A stretch of DNA of 63,840 nt, counting the filler. It is 9 parts of 9 records of this genome, joined end to end, with 100 filler letters (N's around TTAATTAATTAA, not from the genome) between each part and the next. Parts side by side here need not be neighbours in the genome. Positions count along the whole stretch, not along the records: positions 47,830 to 53,207 come from SRR31156797_30594; positions 53,308 to 58,699 come from SRR31156797_30632; positions 58,800 to 63,840 come from SRR31156797_30647; 6 more parts are not named here. One strand, 5' to 3'. Below, in pieces: positions 50,927-60,714 of this stretch. The notes under the pieces are model-generated. The model did no database searches. It was not told the DNA's origin and was given only the letters and a program-made list of their open reading frames with translations. Position 1 is the stretch's first letter, and every line of letters starts with the position of its first letter. A program made the position numbers and the translations under genes.

Positions 50927-51122
50927 GATAGCCTGTTGCAAAGAGGATGGGGCGAGGTTGTTTACCTAACCTGGATTTCTCATCAGTTCAGGTGGTGCCA
51001 CATGGACTGACCTCCGGTGAGCATTTTGTCAATTTTATATTTTATTTGTTTTGGCAGTATGAATTGGAAATTAATCATACTTTTAAAAAATGACCAAATG
51101 CTCATGAAAATACGGGTTAACC

Positions 51123-52097
51123 ATGGCATTTGACCATATTCGAGGGCAGCAAAAAGCCAAGAGGCTGTTGGAAAAGGCGTTGGTCAGTAACCGTCTTAGC
51201 CATGCGTATCTTTTTTCCGGTCCCGATGGAGTAGGAAAGGCAACCACGGCAACCGCTGTAGCCGATATGCTCCTGTGTGAGTCCCAACATGGTGACCGGC
51301 CTTGCGGAGTTTGTCCAGGGTGTGCAAAAATGCAATCCGGCAATCACCCTGATTTTATTCGCGTCACGCCGCAAGGTGCGGCCATTAAAATTAATCAGAT
51401 CCGCGCTTTGAAAGAAGCGCTGGTTTTTTCCCCTTTTGAGAATGGGGTCAGGGTCGTTATTCTTGAGGATGTGCATACCATGCGTAGGGAGGCTGGTAAC
51501 AGTCTGCTTAAGCTTTTGGAAGAACCGCCGCCGGATAATATTTTTATATTGATTGGTTCATCTGCAGAAGCGCTTTTGTCGACCATTGTTTCACGGTGCC
51601 AGGTTATCCCCTTTTTCTCTCTTCCTCTTGAAGACGCTGCAGCGGTTATCATTGGTCAATCCCGGGAAATGGAAAAAGAGAATGCGCTCATGCTTGCTGC
51701 GCTTTCCGATGGCTGTCCTGGTCAGGCCCTGACTTTAGAGACAGAAGGCCTGTTTGAAATATACACGCACTTTTTGGACAGGCTGCGGCTACAAAAGGGT
51801 GATGAAGCGGTGAGGGTTGAAAATGCACTCTCGTTTGCCGCTGAAATAAGCGTTTTAAAAGAGACTCTTCCTGTTCTGCTCCGGTTGTTCCGGATTTTTT
51901 TTAAAGATGTGATGATGGTCAGGGCCGGAGGAAAAAGTGAACAGAGCTGTTTTCCTGAGGTGGCTGCAGTAAGAGAACTGTGGAACTTGAAACAGCTTTC
52001 TGCTAAGATAGCCGCCGTTGACCTTGCAGAAAAAGCACTGCTAAGAAACTGTAACCGGGGGCTGGTTTGCGAGGTCTTGATGCTGGATTTGTTGTAA
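51123..52097 (+). CDS. holB: DNA polymerase III delta' subunit
   Basis: HAYLFSGPDGVGK, PCGVCPGC zinc motif, HPD, LLKLLEEP, SRC. Confidence 0.93.
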   Translation: MAFDHIRGQQKAKRLLEKALVSNRLSHAYLFSGPDGVGKATTATAVADMLLCESQHGDRPCGVCPGCAKMQSGNHPDFIRVTPQGAAIKINQIRALKEALVFSPFENGVRVVILEDVHTMRREAGNSLLKLLEEPPPDNIFILIGSSAEALLSTIVSRCQVIPFFSLPLEDAAAVIIGQSREMEKENALMLAALSDGCPGQALTLETEGLFEIYTHFLDRLRLQKGDEAVRVENALSFAAEISVLKETLPVLLRLFRIFFKDVMMVRAGGKSEQSCFPEVAAVRELWNLKQLSAKIAAVDLAEKALLRNCNRGLVCEVLMLDLL

Positions 52098-52137
52098 ATA
52101 TCCTTAATGCAATTATATAGTTCTTTAACTCCACACT

Positions 52138-53082
52138 ATGGCTGATTTTCAAGAACAGCACGACCCTTCACCAGCGGAACTGGATCCTGCACCAGTTGAT
52201 CCAACTTCTTATTATCGGATTCGTTTTCGTCAGCAAGGGCAAGAATTTACTGCAGATACCGAACTGCACGACCTTGAGCATGGTCATACTGTTATTGTAA
52301 AGACCGAACATGGCAATGAACCCGCAATAGTGGTTGGAAAAGCTGCCGGTCTTGTCAATAAAGCTCTCGGCCGTCCTGTAAGTTACAGCATATCGCGTCA
52401 CGCATCTGTTGACGAAGCAGAGGAATACGAGCAACTGGCATACCTGGAAAAGGATGCTTTTGCTTTTTGCCAGAAGCAGGTTGGAGCTCTTAGTCTGCCA
52501 ATGCAATTAGTACGGGTTGAACGATTTTTCAATGGTTCAAAAATTATCTTCTACTTTACCGCTGAAAATAGGGTTGATTTTAGAGAATTGGTCAAGGTCC
52601 TGGTCCAGGAATACCGAACCCGGGTAGAGATGCGTCAGATTGGTGTTCGGCACGAGACTCAGATGATCGGCGGACTCGGTTCCTGCGGTCGTGAGCTGTG
52701 TTGCTCAAGCTTTCTTAAAAAGTTTGAATCAGTATCAATTAAGATGGCAAAGACCCAGGACCTGCCATTAAATCCAGCCAAAATTTCAGGCGTTTGCAAT
52801 CGGCTTCTCTGCTGTCTAACCTATGAGTACGATACCTACCGAAGTATGAAAAGGGGCATGCCCCGTGCTGGAAGGTCTATCCGTTTTGATGGGGAACTCT
52901 ATAAAGTTATAAGGCAAATACCCTTGTCAGGAGCGGTGCTCGCGTTGAACACTAAGGGAGAAGAACGCCTTTTTGAAGAAGAGGAATGGCGGGCAGCTGA
53001 ACTGGTCCAAAAGCCTTCTCCTCGTAAGGTGCAAGGAAAGAAAGGGGCTGCACCATCCAAGCCCGAAAAAAAAGAACAGTGA
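52138..53082 (+). CDS. PSP1 domain protein (RicT/YaaT-like)
   Basis: RVDFRELV...EMRQIGVR...GSCGRELCC...KISGVCNRLLCCLTYE; follows holB. Confidence 0.92.
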   Translation: MADFQEQHDPSPAELDPAPVDPTSYYRIRFRQQGQEFTADTELHDLEHGHTVIVKTEHGNEPAIVVGKAAGLVNKALGRPVSYSISRHASVDEAEEYEQLAYLEKDAFAFCQKQVGALSLPMQLVRVERFFNGSKIIFYFTAENRVDFRELVKVLVQEYRTRVEMRQIGVRHETQMIGGLGSCGRELCCSSFLKKFESVSIKMAKTQDLPLNPAKISGVCNRLLCCLTYEYDTYRSMKRGMPRAGRSIRFDGELYKVIRQIPLSGAVLALNTKGEERLFEEEEWRAAELVQKPSPRKVQGKKGAAPSKPEKKEQ

Positions 53083-53110
53083 AGTTTTTTTGTACAAGTA
53101 ACCTTGATCT

Positions 53111-53207
53111 GTAACTGTTCAGTAGCGCCCCAGATGTGTACAAACAACCAGGATAACTATAGTAATGCTATGTTTTTCTGCCTGATCGTGCGCAGAGGTA
53201 AGCGCAG
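53111..53207. repeat. second, truncated copy of the MITE-like element
   Basis: left arm GTAACTGTTCAGTAGCGCCCCA; internal GATCGTGCGCAGAGGTAAGCGCAG is 21/24 identical to 48651-48674; contig ends inside it. Confidence 0.6.
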
Positions 53208-53307
53208 NNNNNNNNNNNNNNNNNNNNNNNNNNNNNNNNNNNNNNNNNNNNTTAATTAATTAANNNNNNNNNNNNNNNNNNNNNNNNNNNNNNNNNNNNN
53301 NNNNNNN
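53208..53307. other. artificial contig spacer
   Basis: N-run / TTAATTAATTAA / N-run. Confidence 0.99.
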
Positions 53308-53603
53308 AAGAGGTTGAACTGCTGGAACACCATGCCCACCTCCTTGCGGATCTCGTGGATCTTTTTCACGTCCGGGGTCATCTCCACCCCTTCCACGATG
53401 ATCTGGCCGTGCTGATGCTCCTCCAGGCGGTTGATGGTGCGGATCAGGGTGGACTTGCCCGACCCGGACGGACCGCAGATCACCATGCGTTCGCCCTTTC
53501 TCACCTGGAGGTTGATGTTGTCCAGGGCGTGGTAATCGCCGTACCACTTGTTGACCTGGTTCATTTCTATCATGACGGTTTCATTATCGATACTATGTTC
53601 CAT
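53308..53603 (-). CDS. aapP: amino acid ABC transporter ATPase (3' truncated)
   Basis: VNKWYG, GPSGSGKST, GMVFQQFNL. Confidence 0.88.
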
Positions 53604-53716
53604 GATTCTTTTCCTGTTATGGCTCTTGGCTTATGAATCGAGCCCATTTCCTGTTGCAATGGATGGGGCGGCGGTGGCAGTGGCAGTGGCAAAAATATCC
53701 ATTCGAGTGCACGCAT

Positions 53717-54805
53717 CTACAGCTGGTAACGCTCTTCCAGAATCCGGCTGAACTTGGAGAGACTGTAGCACATGATCCAGTAGAACAGCGCCACAAAAAG
53801 ATAGGCCTCTTCGATCTTGCCCAGCCACTTGGGGTTGGAGGTGGCGGCAAAGGCCACCTGCAAAAGATCGATCAGCCCGATGATGCCCACAAGGGAGGTG
53901 TCCTTGAGAATGCCGATGAAGTTGTTCACCATGGGGGGCAGCACGATGCGCAGGGCCTGGGGCAGGATGATGAATCCCATCTTTTTCCAGTAGCTCAGTC
54001 CCAGGGCGTCGGCGGCCTCGTACTGGCCCTTGGAAAGGCCCTGGAGCCCGCCCCGGATGTTCTCGGCAAGGTAGGCGGCAAAAAAGAGGGTGATGCCCAC
54101 CATGGCCCGCATGATCTTGCTGAACTCCATCTCCGGGGGAAAGAACAGGGGGAGCACCACCGAGGCCATGAACAGGATGGAGATCAGCGGGACCCCCCGG
54201 ACCAGCTCAATATAGGCCACGCTCACGGACCGGATCACGGGCATGTCGCTCTGGCGGCCCAGGGCCAGGAGCACGCTCAGGGGGAAGGCGCAGATCATGC
54301 TGACCAGTGATAGAAACACGGTGAGCATGAGGCCGCCCCACTGGGTGGAGGGCACATACTGGAGATGGAAGCTCTCTCCCCCCCGGACCAGGATGAAGAT
54401 CACCACCGGGGAGAGGGCCCAGCAAATGTGGAGCGCCCGCTGCTTCCGAAGGCGCCGAAAACAGGTGGCGATGATGAGCACCGCCACCAGAGCGGCCCCA
54501 AGGGCCACCCGCCACCGCTGGTCACTGGGATAGGTGCCCACCATGAACACGGGCCACATGTCCTGGATAAAGGCCCAGCAGGCCCCGTGGTTGCCCTTGC
54601 AGGCATCGGGAGCGGTGCCGAAGCAGGCGTTGGTCACTCCCCACTGCCACAGGGGGGTGACAAGGAGATAAATAAGTACCGTGGTCACCACCGTGAGCAC
54701 GGCATTGTACCAGGGCGAAAATAGGTTGTTCTTCATCCAGTTGAGGGCGCCGCTCTTTAGGATGGGCGGACGGTCCCCTTGATAGGGCTGTACTGTGGTT
54801 TTCAT
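53717..54805 (-). CDS. aapM: general L-amino acid ABC transporter permease
   Basis: NLFSPWYN, GACWAFI, WGGLMLT, RGVPLI, GQYEAADALGL, KDTSLV. Confidence 0.9.
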   Translation of the reverse strand: MKTTVQPYQGDRPPILKSGALNWMKNNLFSPWYNAVLTVVTTVLIYLLVTPLWQWGVTNACFGTAPDACKGNHGACWAFIQDMWPVFMVGTYPSDQRWRVALGAALVAVLIIATCFRRLRKQRALHICWALSPVVIFILVRGGESFHLQYVPSTQWGGLMLTVFLSLVSMICAFPLSVLLALGRQSDMPVIRSVSVAYIELVRGVPLISILFMASVVLPLFFPPEMEFSKIMRAMVGITLFFAAYLAENIRGGLQGLSKGQYEAADALGLSYWKKMGFIILPQALRIVLPPMVNNFIGILKDTSLVGIIGLIDLLQVAFAATSNPKWLGKIEEAYLFVALFYWIMCYSLSKFSRILEERYQL

Positions 54806-56184
54806 CGCTGTATTAACCTGATTTTGGCGTTGTACCAGTTCATTCCAATGGAGATGAGAAGACTGATGATAAGATAGACGGCCATCCAGATGCCGATGAC
54901 CTCGATGGACTGGCCGGTCTGGTTGAGAATGGTTCCCCCGATGCTCACCAGATCCGGATACCCGATGGCAACGGCCAGGGAGGAGTTCTTGGCGATGGCC
55001 AGGTATTCGCTGGTCATGGGGGGAATGATCACCCGCAGGGCCTGGGGCAGGATCACCAGGCGCATGATCCGGCCTTCGGACATGGAAAGCGCCCGGCCCG
55101 CCTCGGTCTGGCCCTTGGAGACGGACTGGATGCCGCTTCGGATAATCTCCGCGTTAAAGGCGGATACATACACGGTCAATCCCGTGACAAGGGCCATGAA
55201 CTCCGGGGTGAGGGACATGCCGCCCTTGAAGTTGAACCCTTTCAGCATGGGATAGTCAAAATGAAAGGGCGCGCCGGTGAAGAGGCAGACCAGGGCGGGC
55301 AGCCCGATCACCGCCCCGAGGCAGGGGATCACCACCGGCAGGTGCCTGCCGGTCTCTTCCTGGCGTTTCCGGGCGTTGCGCCACCAGAAAAAGGCGATCA
55401 CCAGGGAAAGAAAGACGGCCACGAAAAAAAGAGAAAAGTTTTCCTGGAACACGGGCCGGGGCAAATAGACCCCACGGTTGTTGAAAAACACGGTGTCAAA
55501 CAACGAGGCGCTTTGTCTCACCCCGGGCAGCCGCTGGAACACGATGAAGTACCAGAAGAACAGATGCATGAGCACCGGGATGTTACGGTTGATCTCCACG
55601 TAGGCATGGGAAAGCTTCTTCAGCAGCCAGTTGGGCGAAAGCCCCGCAAGGGCGACAAACAGCCCCAGGAAGGTGGAAAGCACGCACCCCAGCACGGACA
55701 CCTTGAGGGTATTGATCAGCCCCGTGATCAGAGCTGTCACATAGGTGCTGGCATGGGTGTAGGTGTAGGTATCCACCATGGAGACGGAAGCGTGGAAGCA
55801 CCCGAGGGAGCCTGTGAAGAGGAGGGCGCCGACAATAAGCATGAACCGGTTTTTCCCGTTGCCGTCGGCCTGGATGAGGGAGCGGAAAAGCAGAAAGAGC
55901 CCCAAGGCAACGCCCATGGTGGATGCGATAAAATAGAAGAACCCGGGATTGATCACGGGAATGGCCGATGTTTCTCCGATGCCGAAGCCGGCTTCGTTCA
56001 GGAGAAACCCGAACCCCGTGTTGATGCCCCTGAGGGTGAGGTTGACCAGGGTGTTCCGGTAGATGACCAGGGCCAGTAGCACCAGGCCTGCGAGCACAAG
56101 GGCCTGGAACCCGTAGGCCCGGAGGGTTGGATGTCGCCAGAACGGAATCTTTTCCGGTGCCGGCATGGAAGTGCTGTCTGTCAT
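54802..56184 (-). CDS. aapQ: general L-amino acid ABC transporter permease with an extra hydrophobic insertion
   Basis: GFGFL..EAGFGIGE, GLINTL, RNIPVL, GFNFKGG, AEIIRSGI, KNSSLAVAIGYPD. Confidence 0.9.
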   Translation of the reverse strand: MTDSTSMPAPEKIPFWRHPTLRAYGFQALVLAGLVLLALVIYRNTLVNLTLRGINTGFGFLLNEAGFGIGETSAIPVINPGFFYFIASTMGVALGLFLLFRSLIQADGNGKNRFMLIVGALLFTGSLGCFHASVSMVDTYTYTHASTYVTALITGLINTLKVSVLGCVLSTFLGLFVALAGLSPNWLLKKLSHAYVEINRNIPVLMHLFFWYFIVFQRLPGVRQSASLFDTVFFNNRGVYLPRPVFQENFSLFFVAVFLSLVIAFFWWRNARKRQEETGRHLPVVIPCLGAVIGLPALVCLFTGAPFHFDYPMLKGFNFKGGMSLTPEFMALVTGLTVYVSAFNAEIIRSGIQSVSKGQTEAGRALSMSEGRIMRLVILPQALRVIIPPMTSEYLAIAKNSSLAVAIGYPDLVSIGGTILNQTGQSIEVIGIWMAVYLIISLLISIGMNWYNAKIRLIQR

Positions 56185-56361
56185 AAAGAATCTCGACTCG
56201 ATGATCGGTCACGGCCCTTACGGCCGCAACCGGATTACAGCTTCTCGCAGATGAATGGCGCCGTTTTTGATCACAACTCAAGTCAGCCGGCATCCATTCG
56301 AATGCGAACATCTAAAAGGACGGGGCCGGCGGAAGAAGATCACCGCCGGCCCGGATGCCTG

Positions 56362-57378
56362 TTAACGGAAGGGGGGCGTGTAGAGTACGCCGCCCTTGCT
56401 CCAGAGCTGGTTCAGGCCCCGTTCCATGCGAAGGGGGGTGTTCTTGCCCAGGCTCCGCTCAAAGATCTCGCCGTAGTTGCCGACGGTCTTGATGATGCGG
56501 ATGGACGCGTCCTTGTCCAGGCCCAGGTCCTGCCACAGGGTGCCGGTGATGCCGAGCATCCGCTTGATCTCAGGGTTGGTGGTGGTCTTGGCCACGCTCT
56601 CCACATTGGCCATGGTGATGTTGTTCTCCTCGGCGGCAATGGTGGTGTTGATCACCCAGCGGGCAATGTCGTTCCACTGGTCGTCCCCGTGGCGGGTGAG
56701 GGGGGCCAGGGGCTCCTTGGAGATCACCTCGGGCAGGATCAGGTGCTCTTCGGGCTTGGTCATCAGGGTCCGCTGGGCCGCAAGCCCTGAGATATCCGTG
56801 GTGTGGCAGTCGCACCGGCCCGCGTCATAGGCCTTGCGGACATCCTCCTGCTTTTCGAACACCACCGGCTTGAAGGTCATGTTGTTCTTCCGGAAATAGT
56901 CGGCCACGTTGAGCTCGGTGGTGGTTCCCGTGGCAAGGCAGACGGATGCGCCGTCCAGCTCCTTGGCGCTCTTGACCCCCAGGTCTTTCCGGACCATGAA
57001 GCCCTGGCCGTCGTAGAGAACCGTGGCGGCAAAATCGAGTCCCATGCGGGTATCCCGGCTCATGGTCCAGGTGGTGGTCCGGGAGAGGAAATCGATCTCA
57101 CCGGACTGGAGGGCGGGCAGGCGCTCCTTGGAGGTCAAGGGCACATACTTGGCCTCCACATTGACGGCGGCGGCCAGGGCCCGGCAGAAATCGATGTCAA
57201 ACCCGATCCGCTGTCCCTTGCTGTCCAGGGCGGAAAATCCGGGGTTGTTGGGGTTGACGCCGCACTTGACATAGCCGGCGGACCGCACATCGTCCAGGGT
57301 GCCTGCCCAGGCGGGCAGGGCCGCCATGAGGGAGGCGACCATCATGAGTTTCAGTGAACCAAAAAAGCGCTTTTTCAT
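56362..57378 (-). CDS. aapJ: general L-amino acid ABC transporter substrate-binding protein
   Basis: signal peptide from MKKRFF; CGV...GFDIDFCRALAAA, LQSGEID, GTTTELN, ISKEPL, VGNYGEIFER, PPFR. Confidence 0.93.
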   Translation of the reverse strand: MKKRFFGSLKLMMVASLMAALPAWAGTLDDVRSAGYVKCGVNPNNPGFSALDSKGQRIGFDIDFCRALAAAVNVEAKYVPLTSKERLPALQSGEIDFLSRTTTWTMSRDTRMGLDFAATVLYDGQGFMVRKDLGVKSAKELDGASVCLATGTTTELNVADYFRKNNMTFKPVVFEKQEDVRKAYDAGRCDCHTTDISGLAAQRTLMTKPEEHLILPEVISKEPLAPLTRHGDDQWNDIARWVINTTIAAEENNITMANVESVAKTTTNPEIKRMLGITGTLWQDLGLDKDASIRIIKTVGNYGEIFERSLGKNTPLRMERGLNQLWSKGGVLYTPPFR

Positions 57379-57606
57379 ACCTTTCTCCTGTTCCATTGAT
57401 TGGGTAAACTCCAGTGGGAGTGAATCCAGGGCCAAAGGGTGTGAATCCATTCCCTATTTCGATTCACACAGGAGTAGTATCAGGAATTTAATTTGTCAAT
57501 TTTACAATTGCTCACTGGAAGATTTTAAACATCCGATCCCGAAATTGATGGCAATTCTCCGGTTTTGTTTTGATTTTTCCACCAAAACAGGCTAAGGGTA
57601 CTCTCC

Positions 57607-58668
57607 ATGGATACGATTCAGCGCTATTTCAACCACCTGGTGGCCGAAAAGGCCGACGACCGCATGGGCATGCCCGTGCCGGCATTTGACGTGGCCACGG
57701 CCCACAAGCTCCTCCGCCGCATCGAGGCCATAAACCTCCACGCCCACACCTATTCCTTCAACATGAACTTCAAGTACAGCGGCTACGAGCTCCAGGACCT
57801 CATGAACTTCGCCTATGAAAACGGCCTGAACGGTGTGGGGATCCACATCGACTACGGCAAGGGCAAGGGACTCCGGAACAAATCGATCAGGGAACTGGAA
57901 GATATTGAAAGACTGGCCCGCCAGCTGAACCTGGAGATGGTGCTTGAGATCAGCAACACCGCCCCCCGGGAGATCAGCCAGGCCGTGCAGCTGGCAACAA
58001 GGCTCGGCATCCGCCGCATCCGCCTCTACATCGTCCACGGGGGACGGCTCAGTTCCATCCTGGAGCGGGGCATCCGGGATCTTGCCGAAGTGGCCCGGGT
58101 GGCCGAGGCCAACGATCTGACCTTTGTGCTGGAATCCCACGAAGCCCTCAAGGCAAAAGAACTGGTGAGGATCATCGAAACCGTGGCAAGCCCCCGGATC
58201 AAGCTCCTCTTTGACTTTGGCAACATGATCAACGCCAATGAGTTTCCTTTGGAGGCCCTGGCCGCCATGGCGCCCCATATTCGCCATGCCCACATCAAGG
58301 GGGTGTGCCGGGTCAGGGACAAAAAGGGATTCGGCCACCTGGGGGTGCTCCAGGGGGAGGACGACCTTCCCCAGGCAAAACTGTTGTTCGATCTTCTCAT
58401 GCTGGGCGACACAACGCCCCAGGTTTCGGTGTTTGCCCTGGAGCAGGTGGTGGGCTACCGGTCCAGGGGCATCCGCCACGACCAGGAGGGACCGGACCCC
58501 CTTCTCCCGCGACGGGAGCCGAGCCAGACCGAGCCGGACGAGCGCCTTTCCCTGGAGGAGAACCTCCGCCTGGAGAGACGGTATGCCTGCGAACAGGTGG
58601 TCTATGTGAAGACCCTGCTGGAACGGCTGAAAACCCTGGCCCAGATGCGCCTTGCGACCACCGAATAA
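57607..58668 (+). CDS. sugar-phosphate isomerase/epimerase family (xylose-isomerase-like TIM barrel) protein
   Basis: FVLESHE, LLFDFGN, HAHIK and FALE metal-ligand pattern of the AP-endonuclease-2 TIM-barrel family. Confidence 0.75.
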   Translation: MDTIQRYFNHLVAEKADDRMGMPVPAFDVATAHKLLRRIEAINLHAHTYSFNMNFKYSGYELQDLMNFAYENGLNGVGIHIDYGKGKGLRNKSIRELEDIERLARQLNLEMVLEISNTAPREISQAVQLATRLGIRRIRLYIVHGGRLSSILERGIRDLAEVARVAEANDLTFVLESHEALKAKELVRIIETVASPRIKLLFDFGNMINANEFPLEALAAMAPHIRHAHIKGVCRVRDKKGFGHLGVLQGEDDLPQAKLLFDLLMLGDTTPQVSVFALEQVVGYRSRGIRHDQEGPDPLLPRREPSQTEPDERLSLEENLRLERRYACEQVVYVKTLLERLKTLAQMRLATTE

Positions 58669-58673
58669 TTTTT

Positions 58674-58699
58674 AACCATGAAGATCATGAAGGACATGA
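58674..58699 (+). repeat. short 9-bp periodic repeat at the contig end
   Basis: AAC-CATGAAGAT-CATGAAGGA-CATGA just after the TIM-barrel stop codon. Confidence 0.45.
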
Positions 58700-58799
58700 N
58701 NNNNNNNNNNNNNNNNNNNNNNNNNNNNNNNNNNNNNNNNNNNTTAATTAATTAANNNNNNNNNNNNNNNNNNNNNNNNNNNNNNNNNNNNNNNNNNNN
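58700..58799. other. artificial contig spacer
   Basis: N-run / TTAATTAATTAA / N-run. Confidence 0.99.
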
Positions 58800-59531
58800 T
58801 TCCGTATCTCGGAGGCATTAATGACTGTTTATACCACAGTTCGTGATGAGTTCTCGGGGTGGTTACTTGAAATGGTAAAACCACCATACCAAAAGCCAAT
58901 TGATGCTAAAACCTATGTTGAGGTACTGGATCTCTTTGATCAAATGTTACGTCTGATGCATCCATTTATGCCGTTTATTACAGAAGAGATCTGGCAATTA
59001 CTGGAAGAAAGAAAAGAAGGAGAAAGCATTATGGTTAGTCAGCCTCCATCGCCCGAAAAATACGATGCTGAGTTATTGGCCACTTTCGAAGATGTGAAAG
59101 AAGCAGTTTCCGGAATCAGAAAAATACGCAAGGAAAAAAATATTCCAAATAAGGAAGCACTGGAATTAAGCATTCAGGTCGGCGACAAAGGTTTTGATGT
59201 TGAGTTTAACAGCATATTAATGAAGTTGGGGAACCTTTCGACACTAGGTATGGTTGAGGAAGAAGTAAAAGGAGCTGCCTCATTCCGTGTGAAATCAACA
59301 AACTTTTATGTTCCTCTTGGTGGATTTATTGATGTGGAAGAGGAGCTGAAAAAACTGGAAGAGGAGCTAAAATATGCCAAAGGCTTTCTTACTTCAGTGC
59401 AGAAAAAACTGAGCAACGAGCGTTTTGTAAACAACGCACCCGAAGCGGTTGTTGCCAAAGAAAAAGCAAAACAAGCAGATGCCGAATCTAAAATTAAAGT
59501 ATTGGAAGAGCGTATTGCTTCAATGAAATAA
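58800..59531 (+). CDS. valS: valyl-tRNA synthetase, C-terminal part (5' truncated)
   Basis: LRLMHPFMPFITEEIW anticodon-binding domain; KKLSNERFVNNAPEAVV coiled coil. Confidence 0.96.
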   Translation, partial: FRISEALMTVYTTVRDEFSGWLLEMVKPPYQKPIDAKTYVEVLDLFDQMLRLMHPFMPFITEEIWQLLEERKEGESIMVSQPPSPEKYDAELLATFEDVKEAVSGIRKIRKEKNIPNKEALELSIQVGDKGFDVEFNSILMKLGNLSTLGMVEEEVKGAASFRVKSTNFYVPLGGFIDVEEELKKLEEELKYAKGFLTSVQKKLSNERFVNNAPEAVVAKEKAKQADAESKIKVLEERIASMK

Positions 59532-59539
59532 CATTAGTT

Positions 59540-59580
59540 TTTAGTTATCCCCTGACTTGGAGTCGGGGATAACTAAATTT
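59540..59580 (+). terminator. hairpin / probable terminator after valS
   Basis: TTAGTTATCCCCTGACT...AGTCGGGGATAACTAA inverted repeat. Confidence 0.6.
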
Positions 59581-59682
59581 CAGAACTCCCTTAACATCTG
59601 TTAAAACCGGGTTAAATAATGTTATTCTCTGCCTCTATTTATTCTTTTAAGTAATTTTGCAGCAAAACAGAACAAACATTGT

Positions 59683-60429
59683 ATGCGTAATATTCTACCA
59701 TTGCTGTTTTTTATGTGCCTTTTTATTGTCGGAAACGCTCAGGATGAAGAGTATGAAGTAGATCCGATGCTGATTGAATTAAAAGCTAAAATTTTAAGTT
59801 CAGCTGATAGTACACCTATTCCTTACGCTAATATTATTTTACACCGTACACATAGCGGGACGATTACCAATGGTGAAGGGCGTTTTAATATGGAGATGCT
59901 AAATATCGATAGTCTGGAAGTAACTTCGGTAGGTTATGAAAAAACCATACTTAAAATTCCATCGTATTTCACTGGTTACAATGAGCTGACTTTTTATATG
60001 AAGCCCGTTTTATATAACGTCGGTGAAGTAACTGTTGAAGGAAAAGCAAAGGAGATGGATTATTTTGACCATGGAAAACCAATTGAACTTGATCCAACAT
60101 TACGAGGAGATGCTTTTAATGAAAAGCCTCCTATTATAGCCGCAATTGTAAGCCCTTTGTCGTTTATGCAGTATTATGGTAAACGCGAAAAACGAAAACG
60201 GAAGGTTCGGGAAGATATGGCGATTATGCGAAACTGGGAAATGCATTCTGAAAATTACAATAAAGAGATGGTAATGAAACTTACCGGACTGAATGAAGCT
60301 TATGCCGACACCTTTATGGTTTGGTTTAACGGCCAGAATGTTTTACCATATATCGCCTCAGAATATCAGGTCCGGGCTGCAATAACGCAATATTACCAGG
60401 TTTTTAAACTTGATTACAGTCTTGAATAA
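59683..60429 (+). CDS. secreted carboxypeptidase-regulatory-like domain protein
   Basis: signal peptide; PIPYANI...GTITNGEGRF...TSVGY...EVTV; Bacteroidota-type TAATTTTG promoter element upstream. Confidence 0.75.
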   Translation: MRNILPLLFFMCLFIVGNAQDEEYEVDPMLIELKAKILSSADSTPIPYANIILHRTHSGTITNGEGRFNMEMLNIDSLEVTSVGYEKTILKIPSYFTGYNELTFYMKPVLYNVGEVTVEGKAKEMDYFDHGKPIELDPTLRGDAFNEKPPIIAAIVSPLSFMQYYGKREKRKRKVREDMAIMRNWEMHSENYNKEMVMKLTGLNEAYADTFMVWFNGQNVLPYIASEYQVRAAITQYYQVFKLDYSLE

Positions 60430-60714
60430 TCCCCTTAAACGTTCAAAAAGAACAGACTGGAATTGTTAATAAAATACAAAAAGGTATTTTAAGTTGCCTG
60501 TTTCAATCTTTCGAATTAAATAAATAAGGATACGAATATCTTTAAAATGAAAGAACAGGGGCCTTTTTACTACTATTTTTTTATTTTTATGATTTAAGTG
60601 TTACTCAAGCATCAAATCCAACTAAAAGCTGACAAAACGAATTGTGTTGTTTAGCATGTTTTCGTGATTTTGGGTGGTTGTAACTTGCACCTGCAACCAC
60701 TTAATAAAAAAGCT

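Noticed and set aside
50927..51122. Possible structured RNA between the yhaM-like gene and holB
   Set aside because: Only short weak stems (AGGTT/AACCT, CCTGGA/TTCAGG); no match to SRP, 6S, tRNA-Sec or any riboswitch consensus I can recognise
53660..53705. GTGGCA x3 microsatellite between aapM and aapP
   Set aside because: Too short, intergenic, and no evident effect on a reading frame or promoter
57592..58479. 295-aa ORF on the minus strand
   Set aside because: Antisense shadow of the TIM-barrel gene, which has the family motifs
8219..58799. Eight identical N-run/TTAATTAATTAA/N-run blocks that look like a dispersed repeat
   Set aside because: Artificial linkers with stops in all six frames; genes are cut at each one and base composition changes. 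Any system spanning a spacer is invalid.
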